Of a stretch of DNA of 64,000 bases, positions 8,928-16,366 are shown piece by piece (within the stretch, counting starts at the first letter, position 1; the number at the start of each line of letters is the position of its first letter). Under the pieces are notes generated by a model. It did not search any database, was not told where the DNA came from, and saw only the letters and a program-made list of their open reading frames with translations. The stretch spans positions 254-64,253 of the forward strand of contig JBAQLU010000202.1 of assembly GCA_049302065.1 (NCBI GenBank), read 5' to 3'. Source of the DNA: Thermodesulfovibrionales bacterium (GTDB lineage Bacteria > Nitrospirota > Thermodesulfovibrionia > Thermodesulfovibrionales > SM23-35). A program made the position numbers and the translations under genes.

Positions 8928-9293
8928 ATGAAAATAGCCATCCCAATATTCGAAAACAGGATTTCTCCACGGTTTGATTGTGCTCCGGGTTTCAGATTAT
9001 GCGAAATGGAAGGAGACAGGATAACGGGTATCCATGAGATATCCTGTGAGGGATGGAATGATATGGACAGGGTTTCCCGATTAAAGGTACTGGGAATTGA
9101 TACCCTTATTTGCGGTGGTATTCCGGATTATCTGCTCAGCGTCCTTGCGAACAGCGGTATCAAGGTTATCCCCTGGGTAGCGGGCGATACCAGCGAGGCA
9201 TTAACCCTTTTTCTCCGGGGGCAATTGAACTCGGGTACGGTCATCTGCCCGGGAAGGAAAAGACGCCGCTGCAAGAGAGGCATAAAGGTTTAG
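8928..9293 (+). CDS. NifX/NifB-C-terminal-family (FeMo-cofactor-binding fold) protein 1
   Basis: MKIAIPIFENRISPRFDCAPGF is a typical N-terminus for the family. The track start at 8916 adds 4 aa and is less likely. Confidence 0.75.
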   Translation: MKIAIPIFENRISPRFDCAPGFRLCEMEGDRITGIHEISCEGWNDMDRVSRLKVLGIDTLICGGIPDYLLSVLANSGIKVIPWVAGDTSEALTLFLRGQLNSGTVICPGRKRRRCKRGIKV

Positions 9294-9352
9294 ATGGATT
9301 TGATTGAGTTGAGGATTAAAACTGTGAAGCAGAAGAAAGAAGGTGGACAGAA

Positions 9353-9721
9353 ATGAAACTCTGTATTAGTTCTACGGGAAGTGGTCTGGAGTCAACGGTT
9401 GACCCCAGATTTGGAAGGTGTCGGTACTTTCTTTTGATTGACACCGAAACGATGAATGTCGAGACTGTGGGAAATCCCGCTTTTATAGCAGGCGGCGGAG
9501 CAGGGATACAGGCTGCCCAGTTGGTAGTTAATAAAGGGGCAAAAGTGGTTCTCACCGGAGATGTCGGACCGAATGCCTTTCAGGCCCTTCAAGCCGGCGG
9601 TGTAAAGATAGTTACAGGCGCTCAGGGTTCGGTCAAAGATGTAATTGAAAGATTTAACAAAGGTGAACTCGGGTATGCCGGAGCCGCTTCAGTTGAATCG
9701 CACGCCGGGATGAGGAGGTGA
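9353..9721 (+). CDS. NifX/NifB-C-terminal-family protein 2
   Basis: MKLCISSTG...VDPRFGRCRYFLLID...VVLTGDVGPNA are typical family blocks. Confidence 0.8.
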   Translation: MKLCISSTGSGLESTVDPRFGRCRYFLLIDTETMNVETVGNPAFIAGGGAGIQAAQLVVNKGAKVVLTGDVGPNAFQALQAGGVKIVTGAQGSVKDVIERFNKGELGYAGAASVESHAGMRR

Positions 9722-9726
9722 AGACT

Positions 9727-9942
9727 ATGCCGAGAGGAACTGGATCAGGATCAACGAATGCAGGAACTGGAATGGGATCGGGTAAGGGAAGGTGTGGAGG
9801 AGGAAGGGGAGGCAGCAGGTCCGGCGGTCCCGGAGGTGAATGCATCTGCCTCTCCTGCGGAGCGACAGCAATCCACCAGGCAGGCACTCCCTGTTATCAG
9901 GTGAAATGCCCCAAGTGTGGGGTAAGTATGGCAAGGAAATAA
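9727..9942 (+). CDS. DUF5320-family small Gly/Cys-rich protein
   Basis: MPRGTGSGSTNAGTGMGSGKGRCGGGRGG, then CICLSCG...CPKCG. GGAGG SD 8 nt upstream of the ATG at 9727. Confidence 0.7.
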   Translation: MPRGTGSGSTNAGTGMGSGKGRCGGGRGGSRSGGPGGECICLSCGATAIHQAGTPCYQVKCPKCGVSMARK

Positions 9943-9956
9943 GGAGACCGTCTTTT

Positions 9957-10835
9957 ATGATTATCTCAATTGCGAGCGGAAAAGGAGGAACGGGCAAGAC
10001 TACCTTAACCGCTGCATTCGCCCATCTTGCCGATAATGCCATGATTGCTGATTGCGACGTTGATGCAGCCGACCTTCATCTTATACTGACACCGGATATC
10101 ATCAGACAGGAGCCATTTTACGGAGGCCAACTGCCTTCTATTGATTATGATCGATGCACCCAGTGCGGGTTATGTGAACAACAATGCCGTTTTGGAGCCA
10201 TCCAGGCTGTAAAGGTCGATCCTGTCTCCTGCGAAGGTTGCGGGGTCTGTGCTTACGTTTGTCCTGAACAGGCCATATCCATGAAGGAAAGACTTTCCGG
10301 CAACTGGTTTTTATCTGAAACAAGAGAAGGCTGGATGGTTCACGCACGGCTGGGAATAGCAGCGGAAAATTCCGGGAAGCTTGTCTCCATGGTCCGTCAG
10401 CAGGCGAAGGAACTGGCTGAAAAGGAGAAGAAGAATCTCGTTATCATTGACGGTCCGCCCGGCATTGGTTGTCCGGTAATAGCCTCAATAGGCGGTGTAA
10501 ACCTTGTTCTTGTTGTGACAGAGCCGACCCTTTCGGGAATCCACGATTTAAAAAGGATTCTCGAAGTAGCAACCCATTTTAATATCCCGGCGATGGTATG
10601 CGTCAATAAATGTGATATCAATGCTGAAAATACCCTCGCCATAGAAGGTTATTGTGCGGGAAAAGGGATTGCTATAGCAGGCAGCATCCCATATGCACCG
10701 GAAGTAACCAAGGCTATGCTGAACGGGCTCTCCGTAGTGGAATATCCCTGTGCTCAAGTGACCGTCGAAGTGAAAAGGATATGGAGAAAGGTTGAAGAGT
10801 ATCTTTTTGCCGAGTCGCATAATCTTTTCGCTTGA
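9957..10835 (+). CDS. MinD/ParA-type P-loop ATPase with inserted 2x[4Fe-4S] ferredoxin domain
   Basis: IASGKGGTGKTT Walker A, plus CTQCGLCEQQC and CEGCGVCAYVCP ferredoxin motifs. The in-frame ATG at 9957 has an AAGGAGA SD. The track extension back to 9840 overlaps the DUF5320 gene. Confidence 0.85.
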   Translation: MIISIASGKGGTGKTTLTAAFAHLADNAMIADCDVDAADLHLILTPDIIRQEPFYGGQLPSIDYDRCTQCGLCEQQCRFGAIQAVKVDPVSCEGCGVCAYVCPEQAISMKERLSGNWFLSETREGWMVHARLGIAAENSGKLVSMVRQQAKELAEKEKKNLVIIDGPPGIGCPVIASIGGVNLVLVVTEPTLSGIHDLKRILEVATHFNIPAMVCVNKCDINAENTLAIEGYCAGKGIAIAGSIPYAPEVTKAMLNGLSVVEYPCAQVTVEVKRIWRKVEEYLFAESHNLFA

Positions 10836-10866
10836 TTTATTATGAGCTTATGCTCATAATAAACAA
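10832..10866 (+). promoter_or_regulatory. Sigma70-type promoter (TTGATT-N17-CATAAT) with an embedded 28-bp palindromic operator; predicted leaderless transcript
   Basis: -35 at 10832-10837 and -10 at 10855-10860. The ATG at 10866 has no SD. Perfect palindrome TTTATTATGAGC-TTAT-GCTCATAATAAA spans 10836-10863. Confidence 0.55.
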
Positions 10867-11156
10867 TGCCTCGGCCAAAAAAATTCAGATGTGTGAAGTG
10901 CAAACCAGATACTAATTATTTCAAACCAAGGGGAATTCCCCTGATAGAACTTGAGGAAGTCTCGATCTCAATGGATGAACTGGAGGCGCTCAGGCTTGCA
11001 GATTATGAAGAATTCTATCATGAAGAAGCCGCTGCAAATATGAAGATATCAAGGCAGACATTCGGAAGAATCTTGAATGCTGCACACAAAAAAGTTGCTG
11101 AATGTCTGTTAAAGGGCAAGGCATTGAAAATAGAGACTCAAAAAAAGGAGGAATAA
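10866..11156 (+). CDS. DUF134-family predicted DNA-binding protein
   Basis: N-terminus MPRPKKFRCVKCKPDTNYFKPRGIP, followed by an HTH-like ELEALRLADYEEFYHEEAAANMKISRQTFGRIL. Confidence 0.8.
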   Translation: MPRPKKFRCVKCKPDTNYFKPRGIPLIELEEVSISMDELEALRLADYEEFYHEEAAANMKISRQTFGRILNAAHKKVAECLLKGKALKIETQKKEE

Positions 11157-11158
11157 AG

Positions 11159-11539
11159 ATGAAAATATGTTTTCCGGTATCAAAAGTTAATGGGATGGAG
11201 AGCGAGGTTTACGGTCATTTCGGATCAGCGCCCGCATTCCTTGTTATCGAGACGGATGCTAACACCATAACAACAATTAATAACAAAGACCAGCATCATG
11301 TACACGGCGCGTGTAATCCAATGAAAGCCCTGAACAATCAGAACGTCGATGCAATCGTAGTTGGCGGAATCGGTGCAGGTGCATTGAGCAAGCTGAATCA
11401 ATTAGGGATTAAGGTTTTTCAGGCAAAGGCGTCAACTATTAAGGAAAATATTGCGATATTAAAGAATCAGAGCCTGCCTGAATTTTCAACATCACACTGT
11501 TGTTCAGGTCATAGCAAAATCGGTGGCTGTGGACATTAA
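11159..11539 (+). CDS. NifX/NifB-C-terminal-family protein 3
   Basis: MKICFPV...VYGHFGSAPAFLVIE...AIVVGGIGAGA. AAGGAGG SD upstream of the in-frame ATG at 11159. Confidence 0.8.
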   Translation: MKICFPVSKVNGMESEVYGHFGSAPAFLVIETDANTITTINNKDQHHVHGACNPMKALNNQNVDAIVVGGIGAGALSKLNQLGIKVFQAKASTIKENIAILKNQSLPEFSTSHCCSGHSKIGGCGH

Positions 11540-11563
11540 AATTTACCTCAGCAACTTTGTTAT

Positions 11564-11626
11564 TCCTGGAAAGCAGGAATCCAGAAAAAAGAAAAAACTG
11601 GATTCCGCATCAAGTGCGGAATGACA
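11564..11626. repeat. Intergenic hairpin repeat of the GGATTCCG...CGGAATGAC family
   Basis: CTGGAaagcaggaaTCCAG, then GGATTCCGCATCAAGTGCGGAATGAC. Related copies at 14572-14652 and 60544-60619. Confidence 0.6.
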
Positions 11627-11684
11627 AACTTGATCATTCATCTGAGCTTTACAGTATTACATAATAAATAAAAAGGAGGATTTT

Positions 11685-12056
11685 ATGGCAAAGAAAAGAA
11701 TTGCAATACTCGCATGCAAAAACATCAAGGGTATCAGTTGCGTAGCCGGCTGTCTGAAATGTTTTAAGGGCATTTCCGAGAAGGCGGGGGAATACGAGCG
11801 CTGGAAGGATTATGATATAGAAGTCATTGGCATGGATGACTGTGGCGGTTGTCCTGGTATCCTCATGCCGAAAGTTGCACTAATGATGGATATGGGTAAA
11901 TTATATGAAAGGGATTTTGATGCTATTCATCTTGGAACTTGTGTTATGAAGGCTACCCAGACTGCAAAGTGCCCCATTGATGTTGAAGATATTAAGAAAA
12001 AGATTGAAACAAAGTTTAAGAAAGAGGTGATCTTCGGCACGCATCCTTATGCGTAG
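11685..12056 (+). CDS. CGGC-domain protein
   Basis: DDCGGCPG motif plus N-terminal Cys residues. AAGGAGG SD. Confidence 0.75.
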   Translation: MAKKRIAILACKNIKGISCVAGCLKCFKGISEKAGEYERWKDYDIEVIGMDDCGGCPGILMPKVALMMDMGKLYERDFDAIHLGTCVMKATQTAKCPIDVEDIKKKIETKFKKEVIFGTHPYA

Positions 12057-12090
12057 CTGATCTGATTAACTTTCCTGGATACTTTAAACA

Positions 12091-12546
12091 ATGAGCATTT
12101 TAGTCTTCGGCATAGGTAACTTACTGCGCTCTGACGATGGAGTGGGTTTGCAGGTAATTGGAGCTCTCGGGGAGGAAAAGTTAGGAGATACTATTGATGT
12201 AATAGAAGGGTCTTCCTGTATCGATATCCTCGATGCATTAAAAGGTTACAGGAGAATCATTATTGTTGATGCGATACAGACCGGAGGTGAGCCTGGTACA
12301 ATCTATAAATTTTCCCTGGAAGATTTTAAAGATAAGCATACGATCCATTCTTACTCAACCCACCTGAATATGGATTTCCCCACTATGCTCGAATTGAGGG
12401 AAAAACTCTTTCCCGGTGAAATACCCTTAGATATCATAGTTATCGCAATAGAGGCAGAGGACATAACAACGATTTCGGATACCTGCACACCAAAGGTTCG
12501 GAAAGCTATACCAGAAGCTGTTGATATGATTAAGGGATTGATATAA
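12091..12546 (+). CDS. Hydrogenase maturation endopeptidase (HyaD/HybD/FrhD family)
   Basis: ILVFGIGNLLRSDDGVG N-terminal signature, IIIVDA and a downstream His. No hydrogenase structural gene in the window. Confidence 0.8.
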   Translation: MSILVFGIGNLLRSDDGVGLQVIGALGEEKLGDTIDVIEGSSCIDILDALKGYRRIIIVDAIQTGGEPGTIYKFSLEDFKDKHTIHSYSTHLNMDFPTMLELREKLFPGEIPLDIIVIAIEAEDITTISDTCTPKVRKAIPEAVDMIKGLI

Positions 12547-14548
12547 CGAGTTTATATAATTTCGGATATTCGTCTTTTGCAAGATATATATCTTCTTTTA
12601 AAAGCCTTACCCCCTCAGGCACATATTTCAAAAAATACTTCTTGCCTTTTGCAGAGGATAGAAAACCATATGCACCGAGTGCCTGCATATGACGCTGCAG
12701 GCGGCAAGGAAGTATGGATTCTCTGAATTCATTTTCAGTAATCCCCCTTAGTCCCCCTTTAGTAAATGGGGATTGAAGGGGATTTTGTGAGGCCGCATCC
12801 CCCTCAGCATTCAGAATAACATTCCCCCCCTTTTCTAAAGGGGGGGGAGGGGGGATTACTTGTTTAAGATAATAATCCAAAAGCCTTTCTCTCATATCAT
12901 CATTAAGGCGAAAATATGGATCCCATAAGAGTGAGACAACATCATAGGCTGGCGGGCCGATTCTTGCCCCCTGATAATCTATTATTCGTGGATTCCCTCC
13001 CTTTGTAATCATGATATTCTGTGACTGAAAATCACGGTGTATTACCGTCCTATGAAAAGAGTCGACCTTTTCAGCAAGTTTGTGGAAATCATCATTGAGT
13101 AAAAGCTCATTTGCTATTTTAATGTTTCTGATACCCCTGATAAATCTCTCAACAAAATAGCCTGTCTCCCATCTGAGATGTTCATAATCAAATATTCTCT
13201 TCCGGAGCAGAGGGCACTCTGATATATGTTCAGTCACTTCTGTGTGTATTAGGATGAGGATATCAATAACCTTTTTGTACATCTTTTCTATCATTCCCCG
13301 GTCTCGTGGACATTTCAGCCAGCTGTATAAAGAGAGATCACCAAAGTCTTCAAATAATGCGGTCTTGTTATCGGATGATATATCGATTAATTCAGGGACA
13401 GGAATAGAATGCCCTCTGAAGAAGTGTGTGTATTCAATATGCCTCTGAAAATCAGGATCTCCATCAGGAGACTGCATAAGCACTACTGAGTGTTTGTCGA
13501 GCTTGACCCTGGAATATTTCCTGTCAGATCCTCCTGTGCCAATGAGGAAAGAATTGCCTTCAGCTGAATCAAACAAATCTGACTCGCCGAGATCAATCTT
13601 GAATCCGGGACCGAGGATGCAGTTTTCGTAAAATTGCCCTTTATATGGATCAGGTCCTGTCCCCTGGAATGAAGTTAAAAAACATTGAGGAGTCTTGTCA
13701 TCCTGCCCCATTTTTGCGATCTCGGTTCCAGGCAGTACAATACAATTTCTCAGCGAAATGCCTTGACCTAATCTGCTGCCATTTTCAATAACCACATAGC
13801 CATCCATCTCAATATGCCCGCAGCCTTTTGCTGTTGGATGTATATAGACCATCTCGCCATTCCTTCTGAGTTCATTGATGACTGCTTTGGTATACGAAGA
13901 TGGTGTCCCGATGTCAGTCCAGTAACATCCACTTACATGAAATGTCCCGACTGTACCGCCTGCAGTTACAGCTTTCAACCAGGCATCTGTTACACTGGAA
14001 ACACCGGATGGGAGGAATCGGAGGAATTCCGGCTGGTAAACAGCTATGCCGGTAAAGGCCAAATTCTTTTTTTCCCCTGATGATGAGCTAAAACCTCTGA
14101 AGAAACCTCTTTCATCTATCGCAAGTTTATTAAATTCAGGATAATCATGCACAGCAAGGGTTACAAGATTATGGGATGTCAAATGAAAATCAATCAATTG
14201 CTGCAAATCAATATCAGAGACAATGTCTGCATTATGTACAAGGAACGTGCCGTCTTTGAGAAAATCCTCAGCATTTTTTAAAGCGCCACCTGTTCCGAGG
14301 ACAGGGTCTTCGGGAAAGAGTCTAATCTTATTACTGAATGCTGACTGCCTTATCCACTGCCTGATTGCCTCTTTTTTGTAATGAAGATTGACTCCTATTG
14401 ATGTGACAGGCAGTGCGGATATTTTTTTGAGGACGGATTCGAGCACAGGTTTCCCGAGAACCGGAAGTAATGGCTTCGGGATATTATTTGTGATCGGACG
14501 CAGCCTTTCCCCAAGTCCGGCAGCCAAAATGAATACTGAAAGGTTCAA
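12530..14548 (-). CDS. Bifunctional sugar-1-phosphate nucleotidyltransferase / anomeric sugar kinase (MurU/AmgK-like fusion), carrying an in-frame repeat insertion
   Basis: N-terminal ILAAGLGERLRPITNNIPKPLLPV (NTP-transferase), a central hexapeptide-like segment, and a C-terminal APH-type kinase (HRDFQSQNIMI, IDYQGARIGPPAYD). Adjacent to a DUF1343/NamZ-like gene. Confidence 0.65.
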   Translation of the reverse strand: MNLSVFILAAGLGERLRPITNNIPKPLLPVLGKPVLESVLKKISALPVTSIGVNLHYKKEAIRQWIRQSAFSNKIRLFPEDPVLGTGGALKNAEDFLKDGTFLVHNADIVSDIDLQQLIDFHLTSHNLVTLAVHDYPEFNKLAIDERGFFRGFSSSSGEKKNLAFTGIAVYQPEFLRFLPSGVSSVTDAWLKAVTAGGTVGTFHVSGCYWTDIGTPSSYTKAVINELRRNGEMVYIHPTAKGCGHIEMDGYVVIENGSRLGQGISLRNCIVLPGTEIAKMGQDDKTPQCFLTSFQGTGPDPYKGQFYENCILGPGFKIDLGESDLFDSAEGNSFLIGTGGSDRKYSRVKLDKHSVVLMQSPDGDPDFQRHIEYTHFFRGHSIPVPELIDISSDNKTALFEDFGDLSLYSWLKCPRDRGMIEKMYKKVIDILILIHTEVTEHISECPLLRKRIFDYEHLRWETGYFVERFIRGIRNIKIANELLLNDDFHKLAEKVDSFHRTVIHRDFQSQNIMITKGGNPRIIDYQGARIGPPAYDVVSLLWDPYFRLNDDMRERLLDYYLKQVIPPPPPLEKGGNVILNAEGDAASQNPLQSPFTKGGLRGITENEFRESILPCRLQRHMQALGAYGFLSSAKGKKYFLKYVPEGVRLLKEDIYLAKDEYPKLYKLVISIP
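12739..12858. repeat. 120-bp MITE-like element with 9-bp terminal inverted repeats, inserted in-frame in the kinase domain
   Basis: TAATCCCCC (12739-12747) and GGGGGATTA (12850-12858), with internal C-run/G-run hairpins. It translates to ...PPPPPLEKGGNVILNAEGDAASQNPLQSPFTKGGLRGI... Confidence 0.6.
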
Positions 14549-14571
14549 TGGTAATTCCTTTGCTGTTTTAC

Positions 14572-14652
14572 GTCATTCCGACTTATTCGGAATCTTTTTC
14601 TATATTTCCAGTGTAGCAATGAAGAAGGATTCCGGACAAGCTGGAATGACGG
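14572..14652. repeat. About 80-bp MITE-like repeat bounded by GTCATTCCG ... GGAATGAC
   Basis: GTCATTCCGACTTATTCGGAATC ... GGATTCCGGACAAGCTGGAATGAC. Same architecture as 60544-60619. Confidence 0.6.
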
Positions 14653-14676
14653 CTACACAAGATTTAACAATTCATT

Positions 14677-15870
14677 TTATTTGTACATCAAATATTTTTT
14701 TCTATACTGCTTATTGAATTGTAAACACTCTTCCTGCCACCATGCTTCCATCTTATCAAGTTTTTCACCTTTTTCTATATCTTTTCTCAGTCTGTCTGTT
14801 CCTGCGAGGATGTCAATTGGCATCTTCTCATGTTCATATTCGTACGGCGGTTGTTTCCATACAAAGTGCTCTGGATAAAGGTCATGAACAGCTTTAAGGA
14901 CAGCTACTCCGGTTTTAAATGGTTTAAATTTTCCCCTGTGAGTAACGTGGATCTGCGCTCCCCCGCACAATGTGACGGCGTGTTTCTGAAAGGTAGGCTG
15001 GAAATACATCGGCCTGAAAACAAGACCGGGAAGCTTGCATTCCTTAAGATGTCTTACAAGTCTGTCTGGCTCTATAAAAGGAGCGCCGAATATTTCAAAC
15101 GGCTTTGTGGTGCCTCTTCCTTCGCTGAGGTTCGTGCCTTCAAGCAGGCACATACCAGGATATACCAGAGAAGTATCAAGTGTCGGCATATTCGGTGAGG
15201 GCATGACCCAGGGGAGACCGGTTTCATCAAACCAGGTTTTTCTCTTCCAGCCCCGCATAGGAATGACATGAAAATCCAGAGACGGGTAAAATTCATTCCT
15301 CAGATAATTGCCAATTTCTCCGATTGTCATCCCATGCCGGACAGGAAGAGGACGCTGTCCGACAAATGAAGCAAAAGCCATATCTAAAACAGGGCCCTCT
15401 GTAAGATGACCGTTAATGGGATTCGGCCTGTCGATAATTATTACAGATTTGTTCATTTCCATGCATGCCTGCATGCAGAGTTCCATCGTCCATATGAATG
15501 TATAATAGCGCGAGCCGGCATCCTGCATATCTATCACCAGTACATCAATGTCTTTCAGCATAGATGGTCCAGGTTTGCGGGCATGACCATAGAGGCTGAA
15601 TACGGGAAGTCCTGTTTTTGTGTCACGAAAACCCTCCCATTCAATCATGTTGTCCTGTGTCTCACCACGGATGCCATGCTGTGGCCCGAAGAGCGCCTTT
15701 AATTTAAATTTATTAGATTTAATAAACAGGGGGACAGCGTGTTCGAGATTCTTATTAACAGACGCGGGATGAACAAGAAGACCGACCCGTGAGCCCTTTA
15801 ATTTTTTCGGCCATTTTTTATCGATTAAATCAAGTCCGATTCGAACTGCTAAATCAGCCATTTTGCTCAA
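14677..15870 (-). CDS. DUF1343 family protein (NamZ-type exo-beta-N-acetylmuramidase family)
   Basis: 397 aa. Blocks VGLLVHPASV, LFGPQHGIRG and DMQDAGSRYYTF are typical of DUF1343. Confidence 0.75.
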   Translation of the reverse strand: MSKMADLAVRIGLDLIDKKWPKKLKGSRVGLLVHPASVNKNLEHAVPLFIKSNKFKLKALFGPQHGIRGETQDNMIEWEGFRDTKTGLPVFSLYGHARKPGPSMLKDIDVLVIDMQDAGSRYYTFIWTMELCMQACMEMNKSVIIIDRPNPINGHLTEGPVLDMAFASFVGQRPLPVRHGMTIGEIGNYLRNEFYPSLDFHVIPMRGWKRKTWFDETGLPWVMPSPNMPTLDTSLVYPGMCLLEGTNLSEGRGTTKPFEIFGAPFIEPDRLVRHLKECKLPGLVFRPMYFQPTFQKHAVTLCGGAQIHVTHRGKFKPFKTGVAVLKAVHDLYPEHFVWKQPPYEYEHEKMPIDILAGTDRLRKDIEKGEKLDKMEAWWQEECLQFNKQYRKKYLMYK

Positions 15871-16342
15871 TTACATAACTTACCTTAATATCCATATCTT
15901 TTCGCAATGAGTGATAAACAGAGCAATATTTTTCCTGAGAAAGTGAGATTGCCCGGTCAAGCTTTTTGGGAGTTATGCCTTTGCCTGCAATGCGGATTTT
16001 CATATCAACGCCACTGAAATATTTCGGCGGGACAGGATTTCTCTCTCCGATGGTTTCGATCTCGAATTTTGTTATCTCAACCTTCATCTTCTTCAGAAAT
16101 AAAACTACATCTATGGCGAGGCAACCCGGAATGCTCATCAAAAGGCTGTCAGTCGGGATGCACCCCTCCTTTGCATCAGCATCGAAGTCAATTGCATAAC
16201 CGCGGATCCTTGCAGTGAAGACCAGGTCCTTCTCCCAGGTTAAAATTCCTCTGCTAATATTGGCGACATTTTCCTTGTATCCCTCTCCCTTTAGGGTTTT
16301 GTCCAAACCGGTAAGGGAACCTTCAGCTTCCTTTTCCTGCAT
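15854..16342 (-). CDS. OsmC/Ohr-family peroxiredoxin-like protein
   Basis: 162 aa with the OsmC fold pattern and Cys residues in EGCIPTD, PGCLAIDV and EKYCSVYHSL. Confidence 0.75.
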   Translation of the reverse strand: MQEKEAEGSLTGLDKTLKGEGYKENVANISRGILTWEKDLVFTARIRGYAIDFDADAKEGCIPTDSLLMSIPGCLAIDVVLFLKKMKVEITKFEIETIGERNPVPPKYFSGVDMKIRIAGKGITPKKLDRAISLSQEKYCSVYHSLRKDMDIKVSYVIEQNG

Positions 16343-16366
16343 ATTGTTTATTCTCCTTTAGTTTAC

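Noticed and set aside
9840-9956. N-terminal extension of the MinD-ferredoxin ORF
   Set aside because: Overlaps the DUF5320 coding frame. An internal ATG at 9957 with an SD starts exactly at the conserved P-loop N-terminus.
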